From a virus: a stretch of 64,000 bases of DNA. Location: positions 36,346-100,345 of the IMG/VR virus record IMGVR_UViG_3300032331_003707. One strand, written 5' to 3'. The notes beneath the pieces were generated by a model. It ran no database searches. It saw only the letters and a program-made list of their open reading frames with translations, and was not told where the DNA came from. Of this stretch, positions 37,001 through 48,400 are shown piece by piece. The position numbers and the translations under genes were made by a program. Numbering within the stretch: the stretch's first letter is position 1; every line of letters begins with the position of its first letter.

Positions 37001-39496
37001 ATAATTTCTTCTAGTTATCCTGCAGGAGGAGTTTTATCTCAATATATAAGTTTAGAACAAAATTATCCATTTACAAGTAGCATTGTATATAATACTAATT
37101 TATTTGAAGCTGCATTTTCACCACAAGAAGAATTAAATGATGATATTATAGATTCATTAGGTCGTTTTGATATTGGAAACTATATAGGAGATCCTAGATT
37201 ATTATCTCAATCTTTAACCACTTACCCTGATTTAGATCAATTAGCTGCTTATCATTTCCAAAAATATTCAAATAAATATAATATTAAGGATTATGTAAGA
37301 TTGATTAAATTTATAGATAATTCTTTATTTAAGTTTATTAAAGATTATATTCCTGCTAGAGCTGACTCTTCCACAGGAGTAGTAGTTAAACAACATTATT
37401 TAGAAAGAAATAGACATAGAATGGTTTTACCTCAAATGTCTCAATCTTATAATCAATTTACTTCTTCTATAAATTCCCCTGTTACCTCAAGTATTAGTGG
37501 TGGAGTTTATTATAACATTGATGAAGGTACTACGTATACATTTACTGGATCAACAGGAGGAGTTTTAGATAATTATAATTTTGTTTCTTCTTCTTATTTA
37601 ACATCAACTGTTGGTGGAGTAGTTGTTACTCAAAGTTATACTCAAAGTTTAAACACTATAGCAGGTACAGTAACTACTATTAATAATTACCAAACCGAAT
37701 TTTACACAGGAAATTACAGTGGCTCTACAGCAAGAGCTACTTCTCAAAGTTTATTTAATGTTCCATATTTAATTCCAAGTGGAGCAATTGATTTTACTTC
37801 ATCTTCCCCATCAAGACTCACAATAGCGGGACAAATATTATATAATTTCCAATATGAAAATAGTGATTATTACCCATTAGTTAATAATATTAACACCAAT
37901 AGACCAAATACTAATTATTACGATTTAGATTTTACTACAAATTCAATCCAAGCAGCTAATTTATACGCTGTTTTATCAGGAAGTGCATTAAGAGCTCAAA
38001 CACCTGATAGTAATTATACATCATTAAAATCTATTCTTCCAAGATATAATGGAAGTAAATTACAAGCTCTTAATTATAATACTTATGCTAGTGGTTCTTC
38101 AGCTGCTTTATTATTAGATGGAACCATAGGTGCATATTCTGGAGATGTAAGTTATGGACCAAATGCAGTCATAACTAAAAATCCACAATATTTTGCTCAC
38201 TTTACTTATGGTTATCCATCATTAGAAACTAAAAATACATTTACATTTGATATTGATAAATTATATCCTATAGTAATAACTGGCCAAACCTTATCAACCT
38301 CAGGAGGACCAGCCGATCCTAAAGAAGTTTCTAATACTATTGTAGCCGGTGCTATATCAATAGGTAAGAAACCCATATCCACAGTAGGCGACTCAGAAAT
38401 AAACATATTTACCTCAGATGTTTTTGAACAAGGAAGAAAATTAGCTGTTATATTAACAGGAGATGATACTAAACCTCAATATCGAGGATCTATATTAGAT
38501 CAAGTAAGTATAGCAGGACAAACAGATTTTACTTTCCTCCCTTCAGGTTCATGGAATATTTTTAATTCTGGATTAGGATATACTGTTACTTTAGCTAATC
38601 AAAAACAAGATACATATAATCAAGATAATACGGCATACCAAATTGCTTTTAAAAGGAAAAACCAAAGACAACCTAAAAGTACTGAATATACAAACCAATA
38701 TGTAGTATATTTACAAGGAAGTCCTACTACCCCTAATCCTCCATCTGGATTTACTGGAAGTTTTTTTACCACAGGGAGTGGATGTTTACTCCTTACAGGA
38801 TCATCATATTCTAGTAGCTATATAGACTATGGTGGTGACTATACATTTAAAACCACTAATCCTTTAGCCTTTATCCATAATTATAATTATCTTTTATATA
38901 ATAATGTAACCTCATCTACAGCTATTACCAACCCCGTATTTAACACAGTTACATTAAATGCTATAGATAATTCATTATTACGTAACTATTATATCTGGGA
39001 CCCAGAAAATACTGGAGTTGAACAATACCCTACTGCTCTTACGCCTTTTGTTATATTAAGAGGAGACATTATTAAAATTTCATATGAAGATAGAAATGGT
39101 GTTCCTAGAACTCAAGAATTTACGGTAACTGGGGTAGAAACAACGAGTGATGAAGCATACAATCAATCTTACCAATTTTCTACAAACACTACTACATTCA
39201 CACCAGTTACTGTACCTTTATATAAAAAAATAAACGTAACCCCCGATCCAACAACAGTAACATATCCAATTCCTATAGTTGATTCTCACATAATGGGTTC
39301 ATGTATTATTAAGCGTCCTAAGTCTGATAATTCTAAAATTATAATTATTGCTAATAATCCACCTCAAGCCGAAGGTATCCAAACTCAGGTAACTGACGGG
39401 TATTTAATACCTAAAGATTTAAATCAAAGCCAATTATTAACTGTACTATCTACAATTGAACAAATAAATAATGCTGGAAACCAAAATCAAAGATAA
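34037..39496 (+). CDS. Large baseplate/tail structural protein (1819 aa)
   Basis: IKEISGDRTELR, F..M.G.FFD.IW.Y, L.K.KGT gp7-like motifs; central LamG-like region (F.G..QEIRY). Confidence 0.7.
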   Translation: MTSYPSASIEILDPKTLEVPTFSDKDFAIIPNFIFTGSFDPTQDRVEFFVYSENNVLLYSDGDFNAWTNTLDPLLASQGISTLNLDPVQAVSDLGITEGKIKTLFNFISDELGSSVDNPFFIKEISGDRTELRLQTNFTSNADLEVLFTEFKSRISSQVYFDEFYLNFGDNNLLIGINILLDTTGGNVSFFVKLYEPLPDNILLQDIVWISTKVGESTSYLISFPETSLVVDNLIYLGGPNINIDVNKSVGISTAFKTYSTLISSSLTSSYNQLQNILQQKGIQITPDYTNFESFVFFSNASQRLVNFYTKVSNIESYQNDLSIINSITGSTSQSYSVSASRVTIEQNITNIISNFDGYENYLYFQSGSYTWPKSNSTYPYALYSTGSSQVLTWLGSSDETSAYYGGQLYSSSIYDNLNQNNLFYSIPAYLRNDPNNTQYFLFIEMMGQFFDNIWIYTDAITDKLKADNRINDGVSKDLVATVLESLGQKLYTNQFNSNDIYSSLIGVDPQGNLSPFPNTTGTYPVTGSGLEYIQNFVSASSLQSLIPLTEANQRLYKRIYHILPYLVKKKGTLEALKLIRNAYGIPSTILRFNEFGGKNGYTSRYDYFNDKYNLAFDNQASASIIVPWESLNTSFTSPDAGTNIPTSIQFRFKTPGIPSGSISQSLFIKTSTNNSSATPITSSWDMGLFLFYTGSGTTSGSYSGSVADPYNQYGTLRFYLSGSAAQTSNNGYYQSSGIYLPFFDGGWWNIMLQRSPYNAAAANTVTYNIYAANKIYDENEGYQLGFIGSASFTIAAASSSINNSWIKSTTSSNTAYPAGIYFGGSISGSKTLTTTLTTPGLFTGSFQEIRYFSATLPTTSFYDYVMNPQSITGLIPSGANYIDGSGNLIGSSYGLLAFRAPLGSELETIFTASSATSINTASYSSYHPAISGSNPTSSFNSLSSSYKVLYYPISSSLTSSFSTNNYETYYYAAPIIGTKNKTSDNIQIISSSYPAGGVLSQYISLEQNYPFTSSIVYNTNLFEAAFSPQEELNDDIIDSLGRFDIGNYIGDPRLLSQSLTTYPDLDQLAAYHFQKYSNKYNIKDYVRLIKFIDNSLFKFIKDYIPARADSSTGVVVKQHYLERNRHRMVLPQMSQSYNQFTSSINSPVTSSISGGVYYNIDEGTTYTFTGSTGGVLDNYNFVSSSYLTSTVGGVVVTQSYTQSLNTIAGTVTTINNYQTEFYTGNYSGSTARATSQSLFNVPYLIPSGAIDFTSSSPSRLTIAGQILYNFQYENSDYYPLVNNINTNRPNTNYYDLDFTTNSIQAANLYAVLSGSALRAQTPDSNYTSLKSILPRYNGSKLQALNYNTYASGSSAALLLDGTIGAYSGDVSYGPNAVITKNPQYFAHFTYGYPSLETKNTFTFDIDKLYPIVITGQTLSTSGGPADPKEVSNTIVAGAISIGKKPISTVGDSEINIFTSDVFEQGRKLAVILTGDDTKPQYRGSILDQVSIAGQTDFTFLPSGSWNIFNSGLGYTVTLANQKQDTYNQDNTAYQIAFKRKNQRQPKSTEYTNQYVVYLQGSPTTPNPPSGFTGSFFTTGSGCLLLTGSSYSSSYIDYGGDYTFKTTNPLAFIHNYNYLLYNNVTSSTAITNPVFNTVTLNAIDNSLLRNYYIWDPENTGVEQYPTALTPFVILRGDIIKISYEDRNGVPRTQEFTVTGVETTSDEAYNQSYQFSTNTTTFTPVTVPLYKKINVTPDPTTVTYPIPIVDSHIMGSCIIKRPKSDNSKIIIIANNPPQAEGIQTQVTDGYLIPKDLNQSQLLTVLSTIEQINNAGNQNQR

Positions 39497-39536
39497 TTAA
39501 TCTTAAACTTATATATATTTATAATAAAAATTACAA

Positions 39537-40196
39537 ATGGGATATTTAAACAACCAAATAATTACAGTTGATGCTATTTTAACTACTAAAGGTAGAGAAT
39601 TATTAGCAAAAGGAGATGGCTCTTTTCAAATTACTCAATTCGCATTATCAGATGATGAAATTGATTATACTTTATATAACCCAAACCATCCTTCTGGATC
39701 TGCATATTATGGAGAAGCAATTGAAAATATGCCTGTTTTAGAAGCATTTCCTGACCAAACTCAAATTATGAAGTATAAATTAGTTACATTACCTAGAGGT
39801 ACTTCTAAATTGCCTGTTCTTGATATTGGATATACAAGTATTTCTATTAAACAAGGTTCTTCATTAGCAATTACCCCTCAAACATTAAATTATTTAGGAA
39901 GTAACCAAACATTTGAATCTAGTGGATATGTTGCTACTATTGCCGATGTTAGATTATTATCTACATTTAATGGAGTAGGAATTAATACAACACAAGCTAA
40001 CGCATTAAACACAACTCCTACTATTGGAACAGCAGTATCTAAGACAGTAATTGGAACATCATTTACTTTAGTAGGTACTACCATCAATACTCTATTCTCA
40101 GGGTCCAATACATCTATCAATACTACTTTAACTATTGAAGGAAGAGATAGTGGTGCTAGAATTACAGTTCCAGTAACTATTATTAAACAATCATAA
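39537..40196 (+). CDS. Baseplate/tail-collar protein
   Basis: VDAILT.KGRELLA, ITQFAL.DDEIDY. Confidence 0.65.
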   Translation: MGYLNNQIITVDAILTTKGRELLAKGDGSFQITQFALSDDEIDYTLYNPNHPSGSAYYGEAIENMPVLEAFPDQTQIMKYKLVTLPRGTSKLPVLDIGYTSISIKQGSSLAITPQTLNYLGSNQTFESSGYVATIADVRLLSTFNGVGINTTQANALNTTPTIGTAVSKTVIGTSFTLVGTTINTLFSGSNTSINTTLTIEGRDSGARITVPVTIIKQS

Positions 40197-40213
40197 TATT
40201 AAAATAAAACAAA

Positions 40214-41245
40214 ATGGGATTTAAAAGATTTGACCCTCAAGACTTAGTAGTAAGTGTTGATTCTATATCCAGTACAGTTTGGAGTACTAATACTCCTTCA
40301 TTAACTACTTTTTTTTCTTCTTCTACTCAAGAAGGTGGAACAACTGGAAACTATTATCTTACTGTTTATCAAACTGCTTCTACAGCAGCTGGAGCTACAC
40401 CTCAATTTGACTTAGTTTATGGTGACTCACAAGGTAGTGGAAGCGCATTCTTTAATATCCTAGTTACAGGATCTTCACCTACTAGAACAATTTATGGTCA
40501 ATATAGAAATTTAATTTTAGCAGATGAAAGCTCTTCGTTTACATTTGCTGGTGTTACTAGCTCATATTTTTGGGCTATAAACTTAGATCGCGCACAATAT
40601 AAAGAACATTTATTACCGGGGGCTTTAACATTAACCCTAAGTGGCGCCGCTGCTATTACTCTCACTGATGATAGTAACTATACAACAGTAGTAACACGAA
40701 ATGATGCCGGTAGAGTATTTAACCTTATCTCAGGATCAGCAGGTGTTAGAACATCCACTCCTAAAGATGTAGCAAGCTTAGGATATACTACAACCTCAGG
40801 TTCATATGGTTACTTCCTACCAGATGTTGGAATTATATTACTAAATGGAGAAGCACTTTCAGGATCAGTCGCTGGAGGAGGAATAGCACTTCAAGCAAGT
40901 AGATCATTTAACGCTCCTGGGCTAAACACTAGAAGATTCTACCAAGCCATAAGCTCATCAGCAACTGCTAATTTTAGATTAAACAGTCAAGAAACCTTAT
41001 CATCAAATTTCGTATTTGTAAGAGCTAGAAGCAACGAATTTAACTACTCAGAAAACCCAAGTTATATATCTAGTGCTAATGGATCTTTAACATGGAGTGA
41101 TTTTGCTTATAATCCATTAACTTATATAACAACAGTAGGTCTTTATAATGATAATAATGAATTATTAGCTGTAGCTAAATTAAGTCGACCATTACAAAAA
41201 GATTTTACTAAAGAATTGTTAGTTAGAGTTAAATTAGACTTCTAA
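40214..41245 (+). CDS. Baseplate/tail-collar protein
   Basis: EFNYS.NPS, YITTVGLYND..ELLAVAKL. Confidence 0.65.
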   Translation: MGFKRFDPQDLVVSVDSISSTVWSTNTPSLTTFFSSSTQEGGTTGNYYLTVYQTASTAAGATPQFDLVYGDSQGSGSAFFNILVTGSSPTRTIYGQYRNLILADESSSFTFAGVTSSYFWAINLDRAQYKEHLLPGALTLTLSGAAAITLTDDSNYTTVVTRNDAGRVFNLISGSAGVRTSTPKDVASLGYTTTSGSYGYFLPDVGIILLNGEALSGSVAGGGIALQASRSFNAPGLNTRRFYQAISSSATANFRLNSQETLSSNFVFVRARSNEFNYSENPSYISSANGSLTWSDFAYNPLTYITTVGLYNDNNELLAVAKLSRPLQKDFTKELLVRVKLDF

Positions 41246-41248
41246 TGA

Positions 41249-42259
41249 ATGAGTGCTTATAAACAATTTACTAATAATGATGTAATCTCTGTACCTTTCA
41301 CAGTTGCTAAAAGCTTTACATTTAGTGGTGAAGCTATAACTTCTTCAGCCGGTATTGATTTTTACGCTGGGTTAAACCTAAACCATTTAGACTATGATTA
41401 TACAACTGAACCTACTACAGGATTAGTTGCTCTTCAAGATAAAAGAGGAATATATAACAGTGCTAGGGCTTTATATTATTCTAATGACATTTCATATTAT
41501 GGAGATTTAACCACAGGATCATATAATCTTTTCAATCCAAAATATAACCCAAATTGGGAACAATATCTTTTACAATTTACAGGTTCTGTATCTTCCTCTT
41601 TTGGTAGATTTTACAATTACCCATCTACAACATTATATAATCCTAAATATTTTCCTACAGCTACTCAATCTTTATTAGATACGGGATCTATTACTGTAGT
41701 CTCTATTCCTACTAATTTATATGGTAATTATGTTGTCCCTAAATCTTTTAAATTAGGTTTTATAGATAATACAACAGCAAACATATATTATATAACTGAT
41801 AATGGTGAAGGAAATCTAATTCTTACCTCAGGCAGTAAAACTAGTAAAGTAGGAAACATCTTTTACTCTCAGGGTATAGCAGTAATAACCACAGGCAGTT
41901 TCTCCATAAACTGCAATCAATGGGCTGAATATATTTCATCATCTGCCTGGTACGATGACCTACCAGGGATATTTTGGACTTCCATTAATTTCTCTTCTTC
42001 AGTTACTTTATATGAAAACAAATATAATTGTGCTATTTTAGAAAATGAATTTGGTTTTAGTCAAAACCCATCTTTAGCATCAGGAAGTACTAATACGTTG
42101 TATGATTTTGCTACTGGATCTTATTTTTCACCATATGTTACATCTATTGGGTTATATAATGATGATAAAGATTTAATAGCCATAGCTAAATTAGGACAAC
42201 CACTCCAATGTTCACCAACAACTGATACTACCATCATGATAAATTTTGATATGGTATAA
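41249..42259 (+). CDS. Baseplate/tail-collar protein (paralog of previous)
   Basis: EF..SQNPS, YVT.IGLYND...LIAIAKL. Confidence 0.65.
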   Translation: MSAYKQFTNNDVISVPFTVAKSFTFSGEAITSSAGIDFYAGLNLNHLDYDYTTEPTTGLVALQDKRGIYNSARALYYSNDISYYGDLTTGSYNLFNPKYNPNWEQYLLQFTGSVSSSFGRFYNYPSTTLYNPKYFPTATQSLLDTGSITVVSIPTNLYGNYVVPKSFKLGFIDNTTANIYYITDNGEGNLILTSGSKTSKVGNIFYSQGIAVITTGSFSINCNQWAEYISSSAWYDDLPGIFWTSINFSSSVTLYENKYNCAILENEFGFSQNPSLASGSTNTLYDFATGSYFSPYVTSIGLYNDDKDLIAIAKLGQPLQCSPTTDTTIMINFDMV

Positions 42260-42276
42260 AATTAAATATAAACGTT

Positions 42277-42711
42277 ATGAATTGGTTATATAATAATACA
42301 ATCGTAAATTCGATTGAGGATCTGCCTGAAAATACTTATGGGTTTATATACAAAGTTATAAGCCCTAATGGTAAATTTTACATAGGTAAAAAAAGTCTTT
42401 ATCATAATGTAAAGAAAAAACTTACTAAAAAAGAATTAGCAGAACAAACAGGTCCTGGGAGAAAGGCTACTACTAAAGTCACTCAAAAAGAATCTGATTG
42501 GAAAACATATTATGGTTCTTCTAAAGAATTAAAAGAGGATATAACAAATATAGGTAAAGAAAACTTTACTAAAGAAATATTAAGAATTTGTTATACTAAA
42601 AAATCATTAACATATTGGGAAATATCATATCAATGTAAAGAAGATGTCTTATTAAACAGTACGTACAACGATAATATATTAGGTAAATTTTTTCGTAAAG
42701 ACTTGGAATAA
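42277..42711 (+). CDS. GIY-YIG family endonuclease
   Basis: GFIY...KFYIGKK, Y.GSS, YNDNI. Confidence 0.8.
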   Translation: MNWLYNNTIVNSIEDLPENTYGFIYKVISPNGKFYIGKKSLYHNVKKKLTKKELAEQTGPGRKATTKVTQKESDWKTYYGSSKELKEDITNIGKENFTKEILRICYTKKSLTYWEISYQCKEDVLLNSTYNDNILGKFFRKDLE

Positions 42712-42737
42712 ATTTTCTTTTTATTATCTTGTAAGTT

Positions 42738-43667
42738 ATGATAAACCAACTAGTTGTTGTATTAGTAGATTCTATATTAGGTTCTGGTAAAGATACGGCT
42801 CGAAATAATAGAGCATACCATTGTCCTTTTTGTAATCACCCTAAACCTAAACTAGAAATATGTATGGATACTAATTCTGAAGGAGAAAATCCTTGGAATT
42901 GCTGGGTTTGTGGTAAAAAGGGAAAAAAACTTATCAATTTATTTAAATCTTTAAAAGCTGATTCCTCAAAATTAACTGAACTAAGATCTTTAATAAATGA
43001 TTCTAAAACCTCTACTCACCAAATAGTAGTTGAAACCATATCTTTACCCAAAGAATTCACCCCACTTTACCCCACCCCAGAAGGAATTATAGCCAAACAT
43101 GCTTTAAATTATCTAAAAATTCGAAATATTACTGAAGAGGATATTATAAAATATAATATAGGTTATTGCGAATATGGAGAATATTCCAATATGGTTATTA
43201 TCCCATCATATGATGAAAACAGAATACTAAACTATTTCTCAGCCCGTAGCTTTGATAAAAATTCTTCTCGTAAATATAAAAATCCTCAAGTATCAAGAAA
43301 TATTATACCTTTTGGTTTTTACATAAATTGGAATTCTCCTTTAATATTATGTGAAGGAGTATTTGATATGTTAGCAATTAAAAGAAATGCTATTCCGTTA
43401 TTAGGTAAAAATATTTCTAAAGAGTTAATGAAAAAAATTGTAACATCTTCAATACAAAAAATATACATAGCCTTAGATAAAGATGCTATAAAAGAAGCCT
43501 TAGATTTTTGTGAAAATTTATTAAATCAAGGTAAAAAAGTTTATTTAGTTGAATTACAAGATAAAGACCCTGGAGAAATGGGTTTTGTTAATTTTACTAA
43601 TTTAATTCACCAAACCCCCAAACTAACATTCTCAAAATTATTTGAGAAAAAATTACAATTAATATGA
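42738..43667 (+). CDS. DNA primase (Zn finger + TOPRIM)
   Basis: CPFCNH...NCWVC, YL..R, EG.FD..A, LD.DA, KDP. Confidence 0.88.
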   Translation: MINQLVVVLVDSILGSGKDTARNNRAYHCPFCNHPKPKLEICMDTNSEGENPWNCWVCGKKGKKLINLFKSLKADSSKLTELRSLINDSKTSTHQIVVETISLPKEFTPLYPTPEGIIAKHALNYLKIRNITEEDIIKYNIGYCEYGEYSNMVIIPSYDENRILNYFSARSFDKNSSRKYKNPQVSRNIIPFGFYINWNSPLILCEGVFDMLAIKRNAIPLLGKNISKELMKKIVTSSIQKIYIALDKDAIKEALDFCENLLNQGKKVYLVELQDKDPGEMGFVNFTNLIHQTPKLTFSKLFEKKLQLI

Positions 43668-44476
43668 TTGAAAAAAATGTAAACGTAAATAAAAAATCTG
43701 TTACTCGTATTCTCCAAGTTGACCCTACATCTAAGAGAGTTAACATAGCTGATAACAGATTCTATAGCAGAAATGAAGATTATTACCCATCAGTAACAAG
43801 TATTTTACAATTTTTACCTAAAGGTAAATTTTTTGAAACCTGGCTTAAAGATGTAGGGCATAATGCTGATGTTATTTCTAGGAAAGCAGCAGATGAAGGA
43901 ACACAAGTCCATGATGCTATTGAGCGTTACTTATTAGGTGAAAAAATAGAATGGTTAAATGAAAATGGATATTCAAATTACTCATTAGACGTTTGGAAAT
44001 TAATTTTAAAATTCCATGATTTCTGGGCTACTGTTAAACCAACACTAATTGAAAGTGAAATCCACTTATTTTCAGATAAGTATAAATTTGCAGGAACTTG
44101 CGATTTAGTTGTTGAAATTAATGGTGAAAAATGGCTATTAGATATTAAAACTTCAAACTCAATCCACACAGCTATGGATTTACAATTAGCTGCTTATACT
44201 CAAGCATGGAATGAGACATTTGAAGAAAAAATAGAAAAGAATGGTATTATTTGGTTAAAATCATCTAAACGCGGAGAAGATAAAAGCGGCAAAAAAATAC
44301 AAGGTAAAGGATGGGAAATTTATGAACCAACACGTACTATTGAAGATAATTTTAAATTGTTTGAACACGTACATGAATTGTTCAAACTAGAAAACCCTAA
44401 CCCAAGACCATCATCAGAACAATTCCCTATGGAAATTCAGATATCCTCTGATATTTATGACAAAAATAAAGAATGA
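43664..44476 (+). CDS. PD-(D/E)xK exonuclease
   Basis: YPSVT.IL, GT.VH..IE, AGT.D, LDIKTS, QLAAY. Confidence 0.85.
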   Translation: MIEKNVNVNKKSVTRILQVDPTSKRVNIADNRFYSRNEDYYPSVTSILQFLPKGKFFETWLKDVGHNADVISRKAADEGTQVHDAIERYLLGEKIEWLNENGYSNYSLDVWKLILKFHDFWATVKPTLIESEIHLFSDKYKFAGTCDLVVEINGEKWLLDIKTSNSIHTAMDLQLAAYTQAWNETFEEKIEKNGIIWLKSSKRGEDKSGKKIQGKGWEIYEPTRTIEDNFKLFEHVHELFKLENPNPRPSSEQFPMEIQISSDIYDKNKE

Positions 44477-45435
44477 TATCACTAGTTAGTATCTTTAAGG
44501 ACTTAATCCTTGAAGGAGGAAACGTATTTGGCACTACAGCCCCTATCAAACGGGAGTATATTCAACCTACTTTAGATAAATTTACTAAAGAATTAAAACG
44601 AATTTTTCCCAAAGTTACTTTTAGCTTTGAATCTCTAGGATCAGTTGGAAAAAAAGCTGAATCGGGAGACATAGATTTAGGATTTAGTGCTAATAACATT
44701 ATTTCAAATGATGGTACTCCATTATTTGATAAATGGGGAATTAGTCCTCAAGAATTTCAAGTTACTTATGATCAAATCCGTAAACGATCTAAAACCGCTA
44801 CTGAAGCTCAAAGTAAACTTAGAGCTATGCTTCAACTTATAGCAACTAAGATAGAAAATGAATCTGAAACCATAGGCACAGACACTAAAGCATCAGGATC
44901 AGGATCAATATACTGTGCTTTTCCTCAATATGATGAATCAGGAAATACAGTTGGTGATAAAAGTGTGCAAATTGATATTAATGTAGGTAATTTAGATTGG
45001 CTTAAATTCAGTTACTATTCTAATACTTATAAAGATAATGTAAAAGGATTACATAGAACCCAATTAATGTTATCTATGTTTCAAGCATTAGGATTATCAT
45101 TTACTCATGCTACTGGGGTTAAATCAAAAGAAACCGGTGAAACTATAGCTACTAACCCTGGAGAAGCTATCCAAGCTCTTAATGATGGGTATGGAATAGA
45201 ATTAACTCCGGATGTAGTAAATGATTATTTTGAATTAATGGGATATATTAAGAAAAATATCCCTAAAGATAAATTTAATCAAATATTAGATATTTACCTA
45301 AAAATCCTTGATTCTACTAGAGCTGATATCCCATATGATCTACAACAATATTGGATTAAAAACCAAGACCGATTAGGTCTTAAAGGAAAATTCCTACCAG
45401 ATGACTCAAAATTAACCCAATATAAGAAAGTATAA
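44473..45435 (+). CDS. Pol-beta-superfamily nucleotidyltransferase-like protein
   Basis: LGSVGKK.ESGDIDL and distal VQIDIN; N-terminal leader ending LILE/GGN. Confidence 0.65.
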   Translation: MISLVSIFKDLILEGGNVFGTTAPIKREYIQPTLDKFTKELKRIFPKVTFSFESLGSVGKKAESGDIDLGFSANNIISNDGTPLFDKWGISPQEFQVTYDQIRKRSKTATEAQSKLRAMLQLIATKIENESETIGTDTKASGSGSIYCAFPQYDESGNTVGDKSVQIDINVGNLDWLKFSYYSNTYKDNVKGLHRTQLMLSMFQALGLSFTHATGVKSKETGETIATNPGEAIQALNDGYGIELTPDVVNDYFELMGYIKKNIPKDKFNQILDIYLKILDSTRADIPYDLQQYWIKNQDRLGLKGKFLPDDSKLTQYKKV

Positions 45436-48400
45436 TGTCAGGTTCAATCGGAGCTAATAGAATCCCTAGAAAAGCTGTTGACCCAACAGTTAAAAAATAT
45501 ATTGAAAATATTTTAAAGAAATATCCTCCTTTTAGAAGTGCTAAAATATCTGGGTCATATAATACTACTGTAAAATCAGATCATGGTGATTTAGATTTAG
45601 TGATCCATGTTGATGCAGGTGAAGATGATAAAAAAACTCTTAAGAAAAAATTTGCTGAATATTTAAATTCATTACCTGATGATGTAATTGTTCCATTTAA
45701 AGCAGGACGTCATCAAGGTAAAAAAACAGCAGGTACTGGGGATATAGTTATTACTCAAATCCCAATAGAAGGTTACCCTGATCTAACGGTTCAAGTAGAT
45801 AATATGATTGTTACTTCTGAACAGGAAAGTGATTATAGAAAAAACTTTTTAGATATACCTGGTGAGAAACAAGCTTTATTAATTGGATTAGCAAAAGCTA
45901 TATTAATAGAAGAAGATCCTGAAACTGTAATTAAACGTTTAGGTATAAAAAATCTTCCACCTCTTGAAGATAATCAAGAATTTGAATTTAACCTATCATC
46001 AAAAGGTTTAACTTTACGTTTAGTAACGTTAGATAACTTTAAAGAAATTGGGCGTAATGATATTTGGAGTTCATATGATTGGAATGACATAAGTAAACTA
46101 TTTACCAATTATAATTTAAATTTACCATTTGATGAGTTATTAAAACAAGTAAAAAATTCTATAAGTAATCCTCGTTCTAGAAACAGAATTAAAGGATTAT
46201 TTAAATCTATGTTAGTAATTGGAGCAGGTGAAAAAGGAACACCTAAAGGAGACAATAAGGAATTAGCCCTACAGAAAGTAGATTCAATTTTAGAACAATT
46301 GGCTGCTTCATATATAACTGAAGACGCTACCTCTCCTATTATAGCTCTTTACCCTGGTAAATTTAAACCACCACATAAAGGACATTTAGATGTAGTTAAT
46401 CAACTTGCTTCTCTCCCTAATGTAGAAAAAGTAATAGTCTTAATTTCACCAAAACCTCATGAAGGTATCACAGCTGAACAAAGTTTAAATATATGGGAAA
46501 AATTATATTTACCATTAATAAACAACCCTGATAAAGTTAAATTTACCATATCTCAAGTTACACCTGTAAAAGATGTTTATGACATCATAACAGACAACCC
46601 AGACACAAATTTCATAGCAGCATATGGAAAAGAAGACGCAGGCCGTTATAGTAAACTAAACTCAGAAAGAGTTAAAACATATGATGCTGGAAATGTTGAA
46701 GGTATAAGTGCTACCGATTTAAGATCAGCTTTAAATTCTCAAGGAGATATAACTCCTTATATTCCTAAAGATGTTTCTCCAATTAAATATCTTGAAACTC
46801 TTGGAGTTTTGTTACATGAAAGTTTAAATGAATATACCAATCAATCTACATTAAATCCTGTAGTGTTTGATGGATTAGAAATTAAACCTAAGGTAAAAGA
46901 TATACTTATAAAAATTGCTAACGAATTTTGGAATTCATTAGAATTAGATGTTGATTATGAAGATATTTTACTTTTAGGTAGTTCTGCTAATTACAATTGG
47001 ACTCCATATTCTGATATAGATTTACATATTTTAGTAGATTTTGATGAGTTTGAAGATCCTAAAATAGCTAAAAAATTCTTTGATTTAGCCAAATCAAGAT
47101 TTAATGATACTCATGATCTAAAAATTAAAAATAATGATATAGAGGTATATGTTCAAAATTCTAAAGAACCTAATGCTAGCATAGGAGTATATTCTTTACT
47201 AAATGATGAATGGTTACAAGAACCTCAATACGGAAAAATTAAAATTCCGGATAATGAAATAGAAAATAAAGCTAAACCCTTTAAATCTAAAATTGATAAA
47301 ATCTTAAGAACAAAACCTACATCTAACAACTATGATTTTTTAATTGATTCTATAAAAGGACTCCAGGACAAACTTAAAAAATTCAGACAAATTGGATTAG
47401 AAACAGGTGGTGAATATTCAATTGAAAATTTAGCTTTTAAAAACCTACGCAATACAGGTTATATTGAGAAACTTCTTAATTACAAGACTGAAGTAATGGA
47501 TAAAGTATTATCTATTAAAGAAATTTTTGATAAACCTGTAGATGCTTACCCATTCACTGAATCAGGAGATGGAACATATATGTTTGAATCTGACAGTGGA
47601 AATCAATATGTTGTCTATATAGATGTTGCTAGTGAAAACAGAATTTCTATAGACTTTGGTATAGCCGATGAAACAGGTGATGTAGATTACCCTGAAACAA
47701 ATGTAGGTGAATTATATAAAGTAATGTCTACTATTATAGCAATTGCTAAAAGTTATGTAAACCAACACCCTGAAATAGAAATTATTTCTTGGTCATCTGT
47801 AGCAAAAAGAGGACAAAAGAAAATTGGAGATACTCAACGTGATAAACTTTATAAATTGGTTGTTAAAAAACAAGCAGGACTATCTGATAAAGATATTAAA
47901 TTTATTAACGGTGAATGGTGGGCTTATTTAAAAGGATATAACCCATTATTTGAAAAAATGTCCTCTACAACTGAATTCCCAGAACCATTTACGTATGAAG
48001 ATCTTATAGATATAGACAAATATGCAGATGATGCTTTAAACCCAATAGATGTTAATCTTGACCCTAAGTCAAATGGGCATTTTTTAGATAGAGCTATTGA
48101 AAGAGGTATAACTAAAGATGAATTAAAGGATTTCTTTGCTAGATTAGGATTAAAAAAAGATAGTTTAAAATATTTCTTTACTAAAGCAAAAGAAAAAGGA
48201 GACAATGATGTTGTAGCAACAGATAAAAAAACAAATATTAGTATTCCTTTTGAAGATACAACTTCAAGTGTTAAAGATCGTATGGCGAATAGAATTAAAT
48301 CTATAGGCGCTAAAACAGTACATAAAAAATCTAATTTTCATACCCCAAATGTTCGACTTACTTTTGCTGAAAATGAAAAAGATACATTTGGATTAAATGC

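Noticed and set aside
43664-44476. Cas4 indicating a CRISPR system
   Set aside because: Lacks the four-Cys Fe-S pattern; context next to primase fits a replication/recombination exonuclease.
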